A DNA stretch of 64,000 bases from a virus, in the IMG/VR virus record IMGVR_UViG_3300017917_000733, positions 32,001-96,000 of that record; one strand, given 5' to 3'. Of the stretch, positions 48,304-58,079 are shown piece by piece. Position 1 is the stretch's first letter; every line of letters starts with the position of its first letter. Under the pieces are notes generated by a model. The model searched no databases, was not told where the DNA came from, and saw nothing but the letters and a program-made list of their open reading frames with translations. A program made the position numbers and the translations under genes.

Positions 48304-48358
48304 TTGCAATCTCTGTTACTGCATTAAATAAAATGCATAAACATTAAGGAGATTGCAA
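48304..48358 (+). promoter_or_regulatory. SD-sequestering hairpin with a late-promoter motif at its apex
   Basis: TTGCAATCTC pairs with GAGATTGCAA (covering GGAG); inner TGCATT/AATGCA stem surrounds TAAATA. Confidence 0.65.
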
Positions 48359-48359
48359 T

Positions 48360-49034
48360 ATGAGTTTTTTACGCCATGTAGGTAAACACGGTGATCGTAA
48401 GGTAGCTGTGATTTTCCGTGAGATACCAGGTGAACCTCATATGTGTTTGGTTGCCTATACTGAAACACTTAACCAACATATTCACGATCCGCTAGTCAAG
48501 TGTATTGAAAGTGATATTGGTCAAAACAGTGAAAATCTAGCCGATGCACTGAACAGAACACATACGAACGACGGTAGAATCATTCTACACGTTTTACATA
48601 CTGAAGGTCAGTTAAAGAAAGTCAATACAGAATTAATCGTAATGACCCCTGCGCCTAATACAAAAATCAAGTTGAATGAATTAAACAAGATACTTGATGA
48701 AATGAAACAAGGTGAAGAAGCAGTTAAGCGTCTTGCTGAAATGGACAAGTCAATGGGCTTACAAGACCCAGCTGATGTTGCACGTAGAATGCGCGGAGAT
48801 GCACAACAGCCACCAGTACAAACAGCACAAGGTCTATTAGGTGATAACGACTTAGCAAATAATCTACGCCAGCAAGCTGCTAAAATGACGGCTGAAGCTA
48901 AAGGTCTAATGGCTGAAGCTGATAGACTTTTGAAAGAAGCTGCACAAATGGATCCTGCTCCAGTAGAAGCACCTGCTAAGAAATCTACCGCAAAGAAAAC
49001 AACTACTAAGAAAACTGCTAAAGCTACTGCATAA
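48360..49034 (+). CDS. Hypothetical protein with coiled coil and K/T/A-rich basic tail
   Basis: 224 aa; AAGGAG SD. Confidence 0.75.
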   Translation: MSFLRHVGKHGDRKVAVIFREIPGEPHMCLVAYTETLNQHIHDPLVKCIESDIGQNSENLADALNRTHTNDGRIILHVLHTEGQLKKVNTELIVMTPAPNTKIKLNELNKILDEMKQGEEAVKRLAEMDKSMGLQDPADVARRMRGDAQQPPVQTAQGLLGDNDLANNLRQQAAKMTAEAKGLMAEADRLLKEAAQMDPAPVEAPAKKSTAKKTTTKKTAKATA

Positions 49035-49330
49035 TGAGTCCAGAATTCATCGAGAAATGGGAGCATATCCTTGAAGATGTTGAAAAGAACAAAATACCTA
49101 TTCAGTTTATTAAGAAACTAATTATTAAACTAGAAGGTAAAAGACAGCAAACTCTCAATATTGAAAAGTTTCTGTCTCAAGGATTAGACCCCGAACAAAT
49201 AGAAGAAGCGGTTAGTAGAAAACTACACGAACTTGATGACCTAGTTGTCAGTGTAGAATTCATTCTGAATGTACAATCTATTGCTGATACTGTACAACCT
49301 GAAACGGATAAACTATTGGGAAGATTATGA
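49034..49330 (+). CDS. Hypothetical protein
   Basis: 98 aa, translationally coupled. Confidence 0.7.
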   Translation: MSPEFIEKWEHILEDVEKNKIPIQFIKKLIIKLEGKRQQTLNIEKFLSQGLDPEQIEEAVSRKLHELDDLVVSVEFILNVQSIADTVQPETDKLLGRL

Positions 49331-49779
49331 AGTTGATTGTAGCTTGTGATCCTAAAGGAGGAATAGGCTATCAGTGTAAGTTGCCCTGGGATAAAATCCA
49401 GGGCGATTTGCCAAGATTTAAGGCATTGACTGACGGACAAACTATTGTCATGGGTCGAAATACTTGGGATAGCTTACCGAAGAAACCTTTACCAAACAGA
49501 AACAATATAATTTTAACTAAATTAGATTTTACAAATTTACCACCTAATGCATGTGTTGCACATAGTTTGGATGAACTTGATAACAATGCTTGGATTATAG
49601 GTGGTGCAAAGTTGATTAACACATCTTGGGAATATGTAGATGAAATACATTTAACCAGAACATTTGCCGAATACACTTGTGATACTTTCATAGATTTAGT
49701 AAAATTAGAAAGTGAATATATGTGTTGGTTTAAAGAGAACCATACAGACCATTCATATGAAATTTGGAAAAGAAAATGA
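49327..49779 (+). CDS. folA: Dihydrofolate reductase
   Basis: IG..LPW..DL..F, VMGRNTWDSL..PLPNR, IIGG, CDTF. Confidence 0.95.
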   Translation: MKLIVACDPKGGIGYQCKLPWDKIQGDLPRFKALTDGQTIVMGRNTWDSLPKKPLPNRNNIILTKLDFTNLPPNACVAHSLDELDNNAWIIGGAKLINTSWEYVDEIHLTRTFAEYTCDTFIDLVKLESEYMCWFKENHTDHSYEIWKRK

Positions 49780-50351
49780 AAGCATATAGTGTTCCTGGTT
49801 TTACTAGCGAAGAAGAACTTAATATTTTAAGTGATTGGGCAACAAGTGTTCCAAAAAACGGTATAATTGTTGAAGTAGGTTCTTTGTTTGGTAGATCAGC
49901 ATCGGCATTTGCTGACGGTGCGGATCCATCGGTTACCATATATTGCATTGATTTTTTTGACAATATTTGGCCTGGAGATCATATTGATTTGATGAAATCA
50001 GCATCTTTTGAAAAAGACAAAGTGTATTACATTGGTAGTGAATTTAAAAAGTATACTAGCGAATATAAAAATATTATACCGTTAACTAATACACAAGCCG
50101 TTTATCCATATGATAAAGAGGAAATAGATTTATTTTTTTTAGATGCAAGCCACAGAAATCCGAATGACATTAAAAATTTAATTTACTTTAAAAAATTTTT
50201 CAAAAGGGGCACTTTAATTTGTGGTCACGATTACATAAATGATATTTTTCCCGATGTTGTTAAAAACGTTCATTTTCTTGAACTGGCTTATAACACTAAA
50301 GCAAGTTTTTATGAACGAACATCACTCTGGTCAATAAGGATTACCGAATGA
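49776..50351 (+). CDS. Class I SAM-dependent methyltransferase (Methyltransf_24-like)
   Basis: VEVGSLFGRS, FLDASH, CGHDY. Confidence 0.8.
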   Translation: MKAYSVPGFTSEEELNILSDWATSVPKNGIIVEVGSLFGRSASAFADGADPSVTIYCIDFFDNIWPGDHIDLMKSASFEKDKVYYIGSEFKKYTSEYKNIIPLTNTQAVYPYDKEEIDLFFLDASHRNPNDIKNLIYFKKFFKRGTLICGHDYINDIFPDVVKNVHFLELAYNTKASFYERTSLWSIRITE

Positions 50352-51223
50352 AACAATACCACGATTTACTACAAGACATATTAGATAACGGAGAAATAAA
50401 AGATGACAGAACTGGCGTTGGCACTATTAGTGTGTTTGGACGTAATCTTCGCTTTGATTTGCGTAGGGGCTTTCCAGCAATCACCACAAAAAAGCTCGCA
50501 TGGAAAGCGTGTGTAAGTGAACTATTATGGTTCATTGAGGGATCTGGCGACGAACGCAGACTCGCTGAAATATTACATGGTCCTGATAACGATGGCAAGG
50601 TCACGATTTGGACACCAAATGCTCTCGCACCTTATTGGAAGTCAAAAGCAAAGTTCGATGGAGACCTTGGTCGAGTTTATGGAGTACAGTGGCGTCACTG
50701 GAACAAGTACAACTGGAATGAGCAAGCAAATGCACATGAGATAACCGAAGTTGACCAATTGACTAATCTACTTGAAGGATTAAAAAATGACCCTAACGGT
50801 CGTAGACACATTCTCAGTGGCTGGAATGTTGCTGAAATGGATCAAATGGCACTGCCACCATGTCACGTAATGAGTCAATACTATGTCAACAAAAATAAAG
50901 AACTATCTTGTCATATGTACCAGCGTAGTGTGGATGTGTTTCTTGGTTTACCTTTTAATATTGCTAGCTATGCGCTACTCACTCATTTGATTGCTACACA
51001 TTGTGGCTACAGTGTTGGTGAATTAATTATTTCAACAGGTGATACACATATCTACAAGGATCATGTAGAGCAGGTGAAGGAACAATTAACGAGGGAAGAA
51101 TTCCCACTACCTACTCTAATGTTAAATCCCAATAAAACAAACATCTTTGAAATGCACATGGGTGATATTGTTTTATCAAACTATCAAAGTCATGGACAAA
51201 TCAAAGCAACTATGGCAGTTTGA
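50348..51223 (+). CDS. thyA: Thymidylate synthase
   Basis: DRTGVGT, ELLWF, YGVQWR, MALPPCH, YQRSVDVFLGLPFN, DTHIY. Confidence 0.97.
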   Translation: MKQYHDLLQDILDNGEIKDDRTGVGTISVFGRNLRFDLRRGFPAITTKKLAWKACVSELLWFIEGSGDERRLAEILHGPDNDGKVTIWTPNALAPYWKSKAKFDGDLGRVYGVQWRHWNKYNWNEQANAHEITEVDQLTNLLEGLKNDPNGRRHILSGWNVAEMDQMALPPCHVMSQYYVNKNKELSCHMYQRSVDVFLGLPFNIASYALLTHLIATHCGYSVGELIISTGDTHIYKDHVEQVKEQLTREEFPLPTLMLNPNKTNIFEMHMGDIVLSNYQSHGQIKATMAV

Positions 51224-51476
51224 TACTGATGCCAAGACTATTCGACATGTAGTTCACAAAATATTGTTGAGCGACATTGATAATCCTGACCTGCATTTAG
51301 CTCAACCACTATGGGAGTGGCAACAAACAGATGCAGGTAAGTATGTAATGGAAAATTCTTGTCCTAAACCAAGTTGGCAGCGCCACATGGACACGCTTAC
51401 GTATGGATATCAGTATATAATTGTTGCGTATTTTACTCCTCAACAATTAACGTATTGGAGGTTAAAATTCGAATGA
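51192..51476 (+). CDS. Hypothetical protein
   Basis: 94 aa from ATG 51192; ATGA overlap with the epimerase. Confidence 0.6.
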   Translation: MDKSKQLWQFDTDAKTIRHVVHKILLSDIDNPDLHLAQPLWEWQQTDAGKYVMENSCPKPSWQRHMDTLTYGYQYIIVAYFTPQQLTYWRLKFE

Positions 51477-52444
51477 ATATATTAGTAACAGGTGGATTAG
51501 GACTTATAGGTCACAATGTTGTAGATAGATTAGAAAAGTTAGGTCATCTAGTCACCGTTGTTGACACAAAAACAAACTATGGAATCATCCCACAAGATGA
51601 AATTGATTATCTCATGGGTGAACGTTTGAAAGTCATTTACAGAAGTGGTATCTATATCAACAACAGTGATATCACTGATGCACAAAAAATGAATTACATT
51701 TTCAACTATGACAAGCCTGAAATTGTGATACACATGGCTAGTTTCCCAAGACAAAAAGTAGTTAACGCAAATCCAGCATGGGGAAGTCGCGTTATGAGTG
51801 AAGGGTTGCTCAACTTGTTGGAAGCTAGTAAAAAACATGGTGTACGCAAGTTTGTTTACATCAGTAGTTCAATGGTCTATGGTGACTTTACTGACGATGT
51901 TACTGAAGATGCTATCTGTAAACCTCAGGGTCAATATGGCATTATGAAATTAGCAGGAGAATGGCTTGTTAGAGATTATTATAGAAGTGCTGGTATTTCT
52001 GGAACAATTATTCGTCCAAGTGCTGTGTATGGTCCATTGGATGTTGAGGACAGAGTTATCGCTAAGTTCATGCTTACAGCGATGCGTGGCGGCACTCTCA
52101 ATGTTAATGGTGCCAATGAGGCACTCGATTTTACATATGTAACTGATGCAGCAGATGGTATCGTTGCAGCAGCACTAAGCAACAACACAGATAACAAAAC
52201 TTACAATATTACAAAGAGTCACAGCCGCACACTGTTAGATGCCGCACAACTTGCAGTGAAAATTGTAGGTAAAGGTACTATCAATGTCAAAGACAGGGAT
52301 TTAGATTTTCCCAGTCGCGGTGCATTAAACATTGACGCAGCACGTGGAGATTTTGGTTACGATCCTAAAATTGATGTAGAAGAAGGATTTCAAAAATATT
52401 ATGAGTGGCTAAGTATTAGTCCATATTGGTCTAAAAAAATATGA
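51473..52444 (+). CDS. NAD-dependent epimerase/dehydratase
   Basis: TGGLGLIG, SSSMVYG, YGIMK (YxxxK), DFTYVTD. Confidence 0.92.
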   Translation: MNILVTGGLGLIGHNVVDRLEKLGHLVTVVDTKTNYGIIPQDEIDYLMGERLKVIYRSGIYINNSDITDAQKMNYIFNYDKPEIVIHMASFPRQKVVNANPAWGSRVMSEGLLNLLEASKKHGVRKFVYISSSMVYGDFTDDVTEDAICKPQGQYGIMKLAGEWLVRDYYRSAGISGTIIRPSAVYGPLDVEDRVIAKFMLTAMRGGTLNVNGANEALDFTYVTDAADGIVAAALSNNTDNKTYNITKSHSRTLLDAAQLAVKIVGKGTINVKDRDLDFPSRGALNIDAARGDFGYDPKIDVEEGFQKYYEWLSISPYWSKKI

Positions 52445-53400
52445 AAATAGTGCCCATTAAAGTAGAATCAGTCTCACGTACAAAATATAAATTCGTAGAG
52501 TGGATGTTACATAACGTGTGCAATCACGACTGTAGCTTTTGCGGGCAATCAATTAAAGACGGTTCAAAAAGATGGTTGAGTATTGAACAGTATAAAACAT
52601 ATGCCGATAAAATAATTAAATTGTGTGAAGGCAACCCCTTTTGGATACAATTTACAGGAGGCGAACCAACATTGTTTCCTGAACTACTAGAGTTGATGGA
52701 CTATGTTAAAAACAAAGGAGCATATGTCAGTTTAATTTCTAATGGTACAAGAACATTACGATGGTGGCAAGAGTTAAAAGATAAGAAATGTTTAGATTAT
52801 CTATATGTCACATATCATAGTGAACAAACAGATGACTACAAACACATTGTAGATGTGTTGAATATGTTTCACGACGAACCAATTCAAACAGTATGCCTGA
52901 TTACTCACTCGGTTACGTCAGTGAATTTAGCCATCGAAGCTAGAACATATATTGAACAGAACACCGGAACATTAATATTATTCAAAGCAATGATGTTAGG
53001 GGACTTTGATATATTCGCAACATATACAAATGACCAATTGAATGAAGTTAAAAAATCCTATTCTTTTGGCATCAATAGAAATACAAAAACACAACATGCA
53101 TTCCCAAAAAAATATGAAATGGTAGGTAAACTATTAGTGACGTATGATGATGGCTCTAATAAAATCGTAGATTCTCAATACCTACTAAAAAATAATCAAA
53201 ACAATTTCATTAATTGGAATTGTGAAGTTGGCATCGATACAATGAGAATCGTAGTCGATGAAATATATAGAGGCGTGTGTGAAGTGGGAGGAAAACAATT
53301 TTCTCTCCAAGATGATTTTAGTTTTAGCAACAATAGTATAAAATGCACTAAAACAAAATGTGTTTGTAATACCGATATAGTGACCACAAAAATAAAATGA
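52441..53400 (+). CDS. Radical SAM protein, paralog of 17561-18514
   Basis: CNHDCSFC, TGGEP, SNGTRTLRWW, C-terminal WNC..C..C..CVC. Confidence 0.9.
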   Translation: MKIVPIKVESVSRTKYKFVEWMLHNVCNHDCSFCGQSIKDGSKRWLSIEQYKTYADKIIKLCEGNPFWIQFTGGEPTLFPELLELMDYVKNKGAYVSLISNGTRTLRWWQELKDKKCLDYLYVTYHSEQTDDYKHIVDVLNMFHDEPIQTVCLITHSVTSVNLAIEARTYIEQNTGTLILFKAMMLGDFDIFATYTNDQLNEVKKSYSFGINRNTKTQHAFPKKYEMVGKLLVTYDDGSNKIVDSQYLLKNNQNNFINWNCEVGIDTMRIVVDEIYRGVCEVGGKQFSLQDDFSFSNNSIKCTKTKCVCNTDIVTTKIK

Positions 53401-54458
53401 ATATACCCCATTTTGGTCTACAAAGACAATATAATAATATTGGCGAAGAACTACTAGATGCCTCACATAGAGCATTGAAAGACGGTCAACTAGTGAACGG
53501 GCATTATACTCGTTCGTTTGAAGAATGGTTAAAAAATCGCACTAAAACAAAGTACGCCGTAACAGTACATTCAGGTACACAAGCACTTGAGATTATTGCC
53601 CGTTACAAAAAGATTAAACATAATCAAAGTATGCAGGGTAATCCTAAAGTACGCATACCTAATCTAACATACCCTGCAACATTAAATGCATTCTTGTCTG
53701 CTGGATGGGATGTAGAGTTGGGTGATACAGACAAGTATGGCATATTGAAAATGGAAGGTGGTACTGCAGGTGTATATGATTGTCTAGTAGGACTATATGG
53801 AAAGATGCCATGGGAACAAGCAAGAATTGAACAAAGTCACGGTGTCATTGTCGATGGAGCACAACACTGGCTTGTTTCAAACGGTCAAATAGGTAGTGGT
53901 ATGGCTATTAGCTTTGACCCTACAAAAAATCTACCAAGTTCAGGCAATGGTGGCGCTATTGTCACAAACGATGAACATTTATATCTTTATGCTGCTAGAT
54001 ACAGAGATAACAACAAGCCTGACTTTTATGATGTAGGTACAAACACTAAAATGAGTGAGCAAGATTGTGCTCAAATTTTAGTACGTGCAAAATATATCAA
54101 TGAATGGCAATCACGAAGAAAAGCTATAAGTGATTATTGGTGTGATAGATTTAGAGACTTACCTGTAACTTGTTTATCAGACACTCCTACACCACACACA
54201 CATCAAAAGTTTGTGATGTATATGTCAGATAGAAATTCTATGCATACGCACTTGATTGTTAACGATATCGAAAGTAAGATCCATTACGAATACACATTAG
54301 GTGATCTACCGACTACCTATACAATGTCAAAACCCGACTTGTTAAGTAACAGCGTTATGCTAAGTCGCGGTGTTATTAGTTTGCCTATGTACCCTGAACT
54401 TACTGATAACGAAGTGAATTATATAGCAGACAAAGTTGATGAATTCTTTGGAAAATAA
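53397..54458 (+). CDS. DegT/DnrJ/EryC1/StrS PLP-dependent aminotransferase
   Basis: SGTQAL, DGAQ, SFDPTKNL..GNGG, SLPMYP. Confidence 0.9.
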   Translation: MNIPHFGLQRQYNNIGEELLDASHRALKDGQLVNGHYTRSFEEWLKNRTKTKYAVTVHSGTQALEIIARYKKIKHNQSMQGNPKVRIPNLTYPATLNAFLSAGWDVELGDTDKYGILKMEGGTAGVYDCLVGLYGKMPWEQARIEQSHGVIVDGAQHWLVSNGQIGSGMAISFDPTKNLPSSGNGGAIVTNDEHLYLYAARYRDNNKPDFYDVGTNTKMSEQDCAQILVRAKYINEWQSRRKAISDYWCDRFRDLPVTCLSDTPTPHTHQKFVMYMSDRNSMHTHLIVNDIESKIHYEYTLGDLPTTYTMSKPDLLSNSVMLSRGVISLPMYPELTDNEVNYIADKVDEFFGK

Positions 54459-54487
54459 ACAATATCCCTAGTATAAATAAGGGTACT

Positions 54488-54931
54488 ATGTGGATACTAA
54501 CTATACTACCCGAATCAGCCATACATATCATTTTTGGCATTGGTGTCCTAGGCGTAATCGCAGGATTTGTCCTAGGTTTTATTCCCTTTATTAGGACTTA
54601 CAAACTAGCGATACAAATATGCAGTATCCTATTGCTAGTATTTGGCGTTTACCTCGAAGGCGGATTAGCTGATTATAAAGAGTGGGAACTCAAAGTCAAA
54701 GAAATGGAAGCTAAAGTAGCAGAAGCTGAAGCAAAAGCCGCCAACAAAAATGTAGAGATTCAGGAAAAAATCGTTGAAAAAACAAAAGTTGTCCGTGAAA
54801 AAGGTCGTGATATTATCAAATATATTGACCGTGAAGTAGTCAAGGATAATGAAGTTATCAAATACGTCGAAACATGTCCTGCTATTCCCGCAGCACTGAT
54901 TGAGCAACACAATAAGGCGGCTACAAAATGA
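54488..54931 (+). CDS. Putative i-spanin (Rz-like)
   Basis: N-terminal TM segments, coiled coil and C-terminal Cys; directly followed by a lipoprotein. Confidence 0.65.
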   Translation: MWILTILPESAIHIIFGIGVLGVIAGFVLGFIPFIRTYKLAIQICSILLLVFGVYLEGGLADYKEWELKVKEMEAKVAEAEAKAANKNVEIQEKIVEKTKVVREKGRDIIKYIDREVVKDNEVIKYVETCPAIPAALIEQHNKAATK

Positions 54932-55188
54932 GATACCTACTAATCGCTTTATTATTAGCTGGATGCACTACAACTGTTCCAGTACAACCTAAGTTCCCTA
55001 ATCCTGTTCCTGAACTTATGAAAAAGTGTGAGGACTTGAAAAAGATTGAGGGCGACAAGGTAGCAATTACTGAATTACTCAAAGTCGTAGTCTATAACTA
55101 TTCACTATATTACGAATGCTCAGCCAAAGTAGAAGGTTGGCAAGAGTGGTACAACGAACAGAAAAAGATATATGAAAGTGCAAAATAA
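54928..55188 (+). CDS. Putative o-spanin (Rz1-like lipoprotein)
   Basis: Lipobox LLAG-C, Pro-rich linker, two further Cys. Confidence 0.7.
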   Translation: MRYLLIALLLAGCTTTVPVQPKFPNPVPELMKKCEDLKKIEGDKVAITELLKVVVYNYSLYYECSAKVEGWQEWYNEQKKIYESAK

Positions 55189-55444
55189 TAGCATATTATT
55201 GGCATGTTTGTTATTAGTCGGTTGCGCGTCTACTAATGACTATCAGACCTACGTGGAAACACAAAAGACACTTAACCGTGACTATACTATGGCCGAACTA
55301 GCACGAATATCAGCACTTACTGAAATTGTAAAAGAATCTCAGGACGTGAACGTTAGGATTGAAGCAATCAAAGCACTGCAAGAGATTCAAAGAACTAAAA
55401 AGCCGTTAAGAATAGACAGACCAAAGTCTTGGCTAGAAAGATAA
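55172..55444 (+). CDS. Putative lipoprotein
   Basis: Lipobox LLVG-C. Confidence 0.55.
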   Translation: MKVQNNSILLACLLLVGCASTNDYQTYVETQKTLNRDYTMAELARISALTEIVKESQDVNVRIEAIKALQEIQRTKKPLRIDRPKSWLER

Positions 55445-55468
55445 ATACTTAATAGTCAGGAAATTATT

Positions 55469-55993
55469 ATGGCACAAGAAATTATTAATATTGGTACGTT
55501 GCCCAACGATGGTTCAGGTGATCCGTTACGTGTAGCGTTCCAAAAGATAAACAACAATTTTACCCAGTTATACGGCACTGGGTACCAGACTATAGAAAGT
55601 GTCACTACTGGAACTGACCTACAAGAGATTTTCAGCTATCCTGCTGATTCGTTTACTGAAGGTATTTTCCAGATTAATTCCTTTAACCCATTGACACAGG
55701 ATAGCACAACTATGACTATCACTAGTGTAATCAGAAACGACCTATCAAATGTACAATTTACTGGTACTAGCACAATGGTCTACGGAGACTATGTGACTAA
55801 TTATGATATGGCTGTAGTCAGCGGAAACGTAGTATTATACGCACAACCGCTAGTCGATGCACAAATCAATCATTTTATAGCATATCAAATACTGTTCAAC
55901 AATGTTGTTCTAGGAACACCTTTATCTACACAAAGCGGTTCTGATTTAACAACAGAGAATAGTATCAATATTACTACAGAACAACCAGTATGA
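55469..55993 (+). CDS. Virion protein with a T4 gp9/gp10-like N-terminal motif
   Basis: INIGTLPNDGSGDPLRVAFQKINNNF. Confidence 0.7.
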   Translation: MAQEIINIGTLPNDGSGDPLRVAFQKINNNFTQLYGTGYQTIESVTTGTDLQEIFSYPADSFTEGIFQINSFNPLTQDSTTMTITSVIRNDLSNVQFTGTSTMVYGDYVTNYDMAVVSGNVVLYAQPLVDAQINHFIAYQILFNNVVLGTPLSTQSGSDLTTENSINITTEQPV

Positions 55994-56382
55994 GAGCTAG
56001 AGAATTTATAACAGAAACCACTGGTTCTATTTTGCCCGATGTGCAAAAAACTCTACCTGCCGCTTGGGTAATTGACGACTTGCAAAACAACGATTTCTAT
56101 AAGCAATATCGTTTTGGTGTTGCATTAGCAGGCGCAAAAGGCGCTGAACAACGTAAAAAAGATGGTGTCCCACCTTATGCTAGTGAAACAACATGGGGCG
56201 AAAATGAAATTGTAGTTTCATATGCAGGTGAAAATCCTTTAAAGAAATACTTAGATGATGCACTAAGACAATTAGGATTAAGTCCTAAATCAGCTAAACT
56301 AGTGACTACATCAAAAAGCGAAGAACCAGCAGCTACTGGTAAAACAAGTCCTTTACAAGGGTTCAAGGGTTACAAGAAATGA
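55990..56382 (+). CDS. Putative internal head protein, paralog 1
   Basis: MRAREFITE...SPLQGFKGYKK. Confidence 0.6.
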   Translation: MRAREFITETTGSILPDVQKTLPAAWVIDDLQNNDFYKQYRFGVALAGAKGAEQRKKDGVPPYASETTWGENEIVVSYAGENPLKKYLDDALRQLGLSPKSAKLVTTSKSEEPAATGKTSPLQGFKGYKK

Positions 56383-56759
56383 GAGCAAAAGAATTTATCA
56401 CTGAGGGTTCTCGCAAAGGCTCTAGATCGGATGCAGCACACGAATTTGATAGAGCACACCCGGGATTAGTATCACCGGGAGGTAACGGTGATGTATATTG
56501 GGGTCGCTATTATGATTTTTACCGTGTAGCACAATTAACAGGTGTGGATCCTGATGAATTAGACAAAATGGATTTGATTTCATTTTTTGGTAACCTGCCA
56601 GTGTTTTCAGGTTACACTGAACACGACCGTGATAAATTATTCCGAGTAATGAAAAAATTAGGTATGAAGCCAAAAGATAGTATTTCTAAAGGAAGTACAG
56701 AAACAGATGGTACTAATATCACAAGCCCAGTGAACGGATTTAAGGGATATAAAAAGTAA
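56379..56759 (+). CDS. Putative internal head protein, paralog 2
   Basis: MRAKEFITE...SPVNGFKGYKK. Confidence 0.6.
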   Translation: MRAKEFITEGSRKGSRSDAAHEFDRAHPGLVSPGGNGDVYWGRYYDFYRVAQLTGVDPDELDKMDLISFFGNLPVFSGYTEHDRDKLFRVMKKLGMKPKDSISKGSTETDGTNITSPVNGFKGYKK

Positions 56760-57637
56760 TGTGCATTATAGTTGCAAAATACTTTGATGGAATAGGTTGG
56801 GCAGGAGCAAAAAATCGTGACCGCAAATATATACCTACATTAGATTTTATCGAATCAGATGAGCAGGGTATAGGTAGAATGATGATGCACGATTTAGTTA
56901 CAGGATATAAAGAGGGCATCAACAGTCATGGTGTTAGCATATTAAACACTAGTTTGGATGTACTTGAAGATGAGCCTGATGTTGAATCAGGAAACGCAAA
57001 ATCAAGTCCAGACGGAAACATTATCGCAACAGCACTATTGTACGATAATCCTATCAACGCAGTTCATCACATCATTAAAAAGAAATTAGTTGGATGCACT
57101 ATTGTATTTGACAAAGAAAATATGTTTTTAGTAGAAGCAAGCGACCAAGATGGTACACAGCCCTACAAATACGAAGTTAGAAAGATTCCAAAAACTGAAA
57201 CTGTAGTCAGAACTAATCATGGTATTTGGTTACCTTGGGCTAGTTTCCAGCGTAAAGAAGACGATAAACAGCAAACACTAGATAGAATTAGTAGTGAAGC
57301 AAGATTATTACAAGCTGAAGAAGTTGTCAAAAAGGCAAAAGAGCCACAAGATTTAGTGGACGGACTGTGCAGGGTTAACACAAAACATCCTCAGCTAAAT
57401 ATAATGAGAATGAGCACTGGTAAGGACGAGTTTCGCACCACATCACAGCAGTTATGTGTGCCAAGTGAGAGAACACTTTATTGTCGTCCAGTGAGCAGCA
57501 ATTTAAAGTTCGATTTCTGGACTCTCAATAAACCTAAACCAAATGTATGGGTTGAGATACTAAGTAATCGTGCATTATGGCAACGAAATGGAGATGATCC
57601 TCCGTTTGACAGTTTGCACTTGAAAGATATAAAATGA
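56759..57637 (+). CDS. Ntn-hydrolase-like protein (N-terminal Cys; NRDE/TANGO2- or C45-like)
   Basis: M-C-I-I start, KNRD, EGINSHGVSILN, RTNHG. Confidence 0.6.
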   Translation: MCIIVAKYFDGIGWAGAKNRDRKYIPTLDFIESDEQGIGRMMMHDLVTGYKEGINSHGVSILNTSLDVLEDEPDVESGNAKSSPDGNIIATALLYDNPINAVHHIIKKKLVGCTIVFDKENMFLVEASDQDGTQPYKYEVRKIPKTETVVRTNHGIWLPWASFQRKEDDKQQTLDRISSEARLLQAEEVVKKAKEPQDLVDGLCRVNTKHPQLNIMRMSTGKDEFRTTSQQLCVPSERTLYCRPVSSNLKFDFWTLNKPKPNVWVEILSNRALWQRNGDDPPFDSLHLKDIK

Positions 57638-58032
57638 GAGCAAAAGAATTTATTGTTGAAACAAAATATGGCGCTGCAACTGATGTGCATGCCAGTGCTA
57701 AGAAAATGCCAGGATCACATGTTTCAGCAATAAAGGGCGCTATTAGTATGCCCGATATTTCTCAAACCAAACAAGGTGGTAGTCCATATGCACAATGGAG
57801 ATTCGGCATAGCTATGGCAGGCGCGCCAGACTACGTTACAGAACCAGCAGGTGCATTCGCAGGTGATCCATTACTTGCAACATATACAGATGTTGAATTA
57901 GAAATCATCAATAAAGCCGCAGAAATGATCGGCGCCGGTGAAGTTAAAAAACTAACTGACAACCGCAGTACAGAACACCCTAAGGTCAACACAACAAGCC
58001 CCATTAATAGCTTCAAGGGCTACAAAAAATAA
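57634..58032 (+). CDS. Putative internal head protein, paralog 3
   Basis: MRAKEFIVE...SPINSFKGYKK. Confidence 0.6.
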   Translation: MRAKEFIVETKYGAATDVHASAKKMPGSHVSAIKGAISMPDISQTKQGGSPYAQWRFGIAMAGAPDYVTEPAGAFAGDPLLATYTDVELEIINKAAEMIGAGEVKKLTDNRSTEHPKVNTTSPINSFKGYKK

Positions 58033-58079
58033 TATCAGCATGTTAAAATCAACTAAGTAATACAAACTTAGGATGATAC

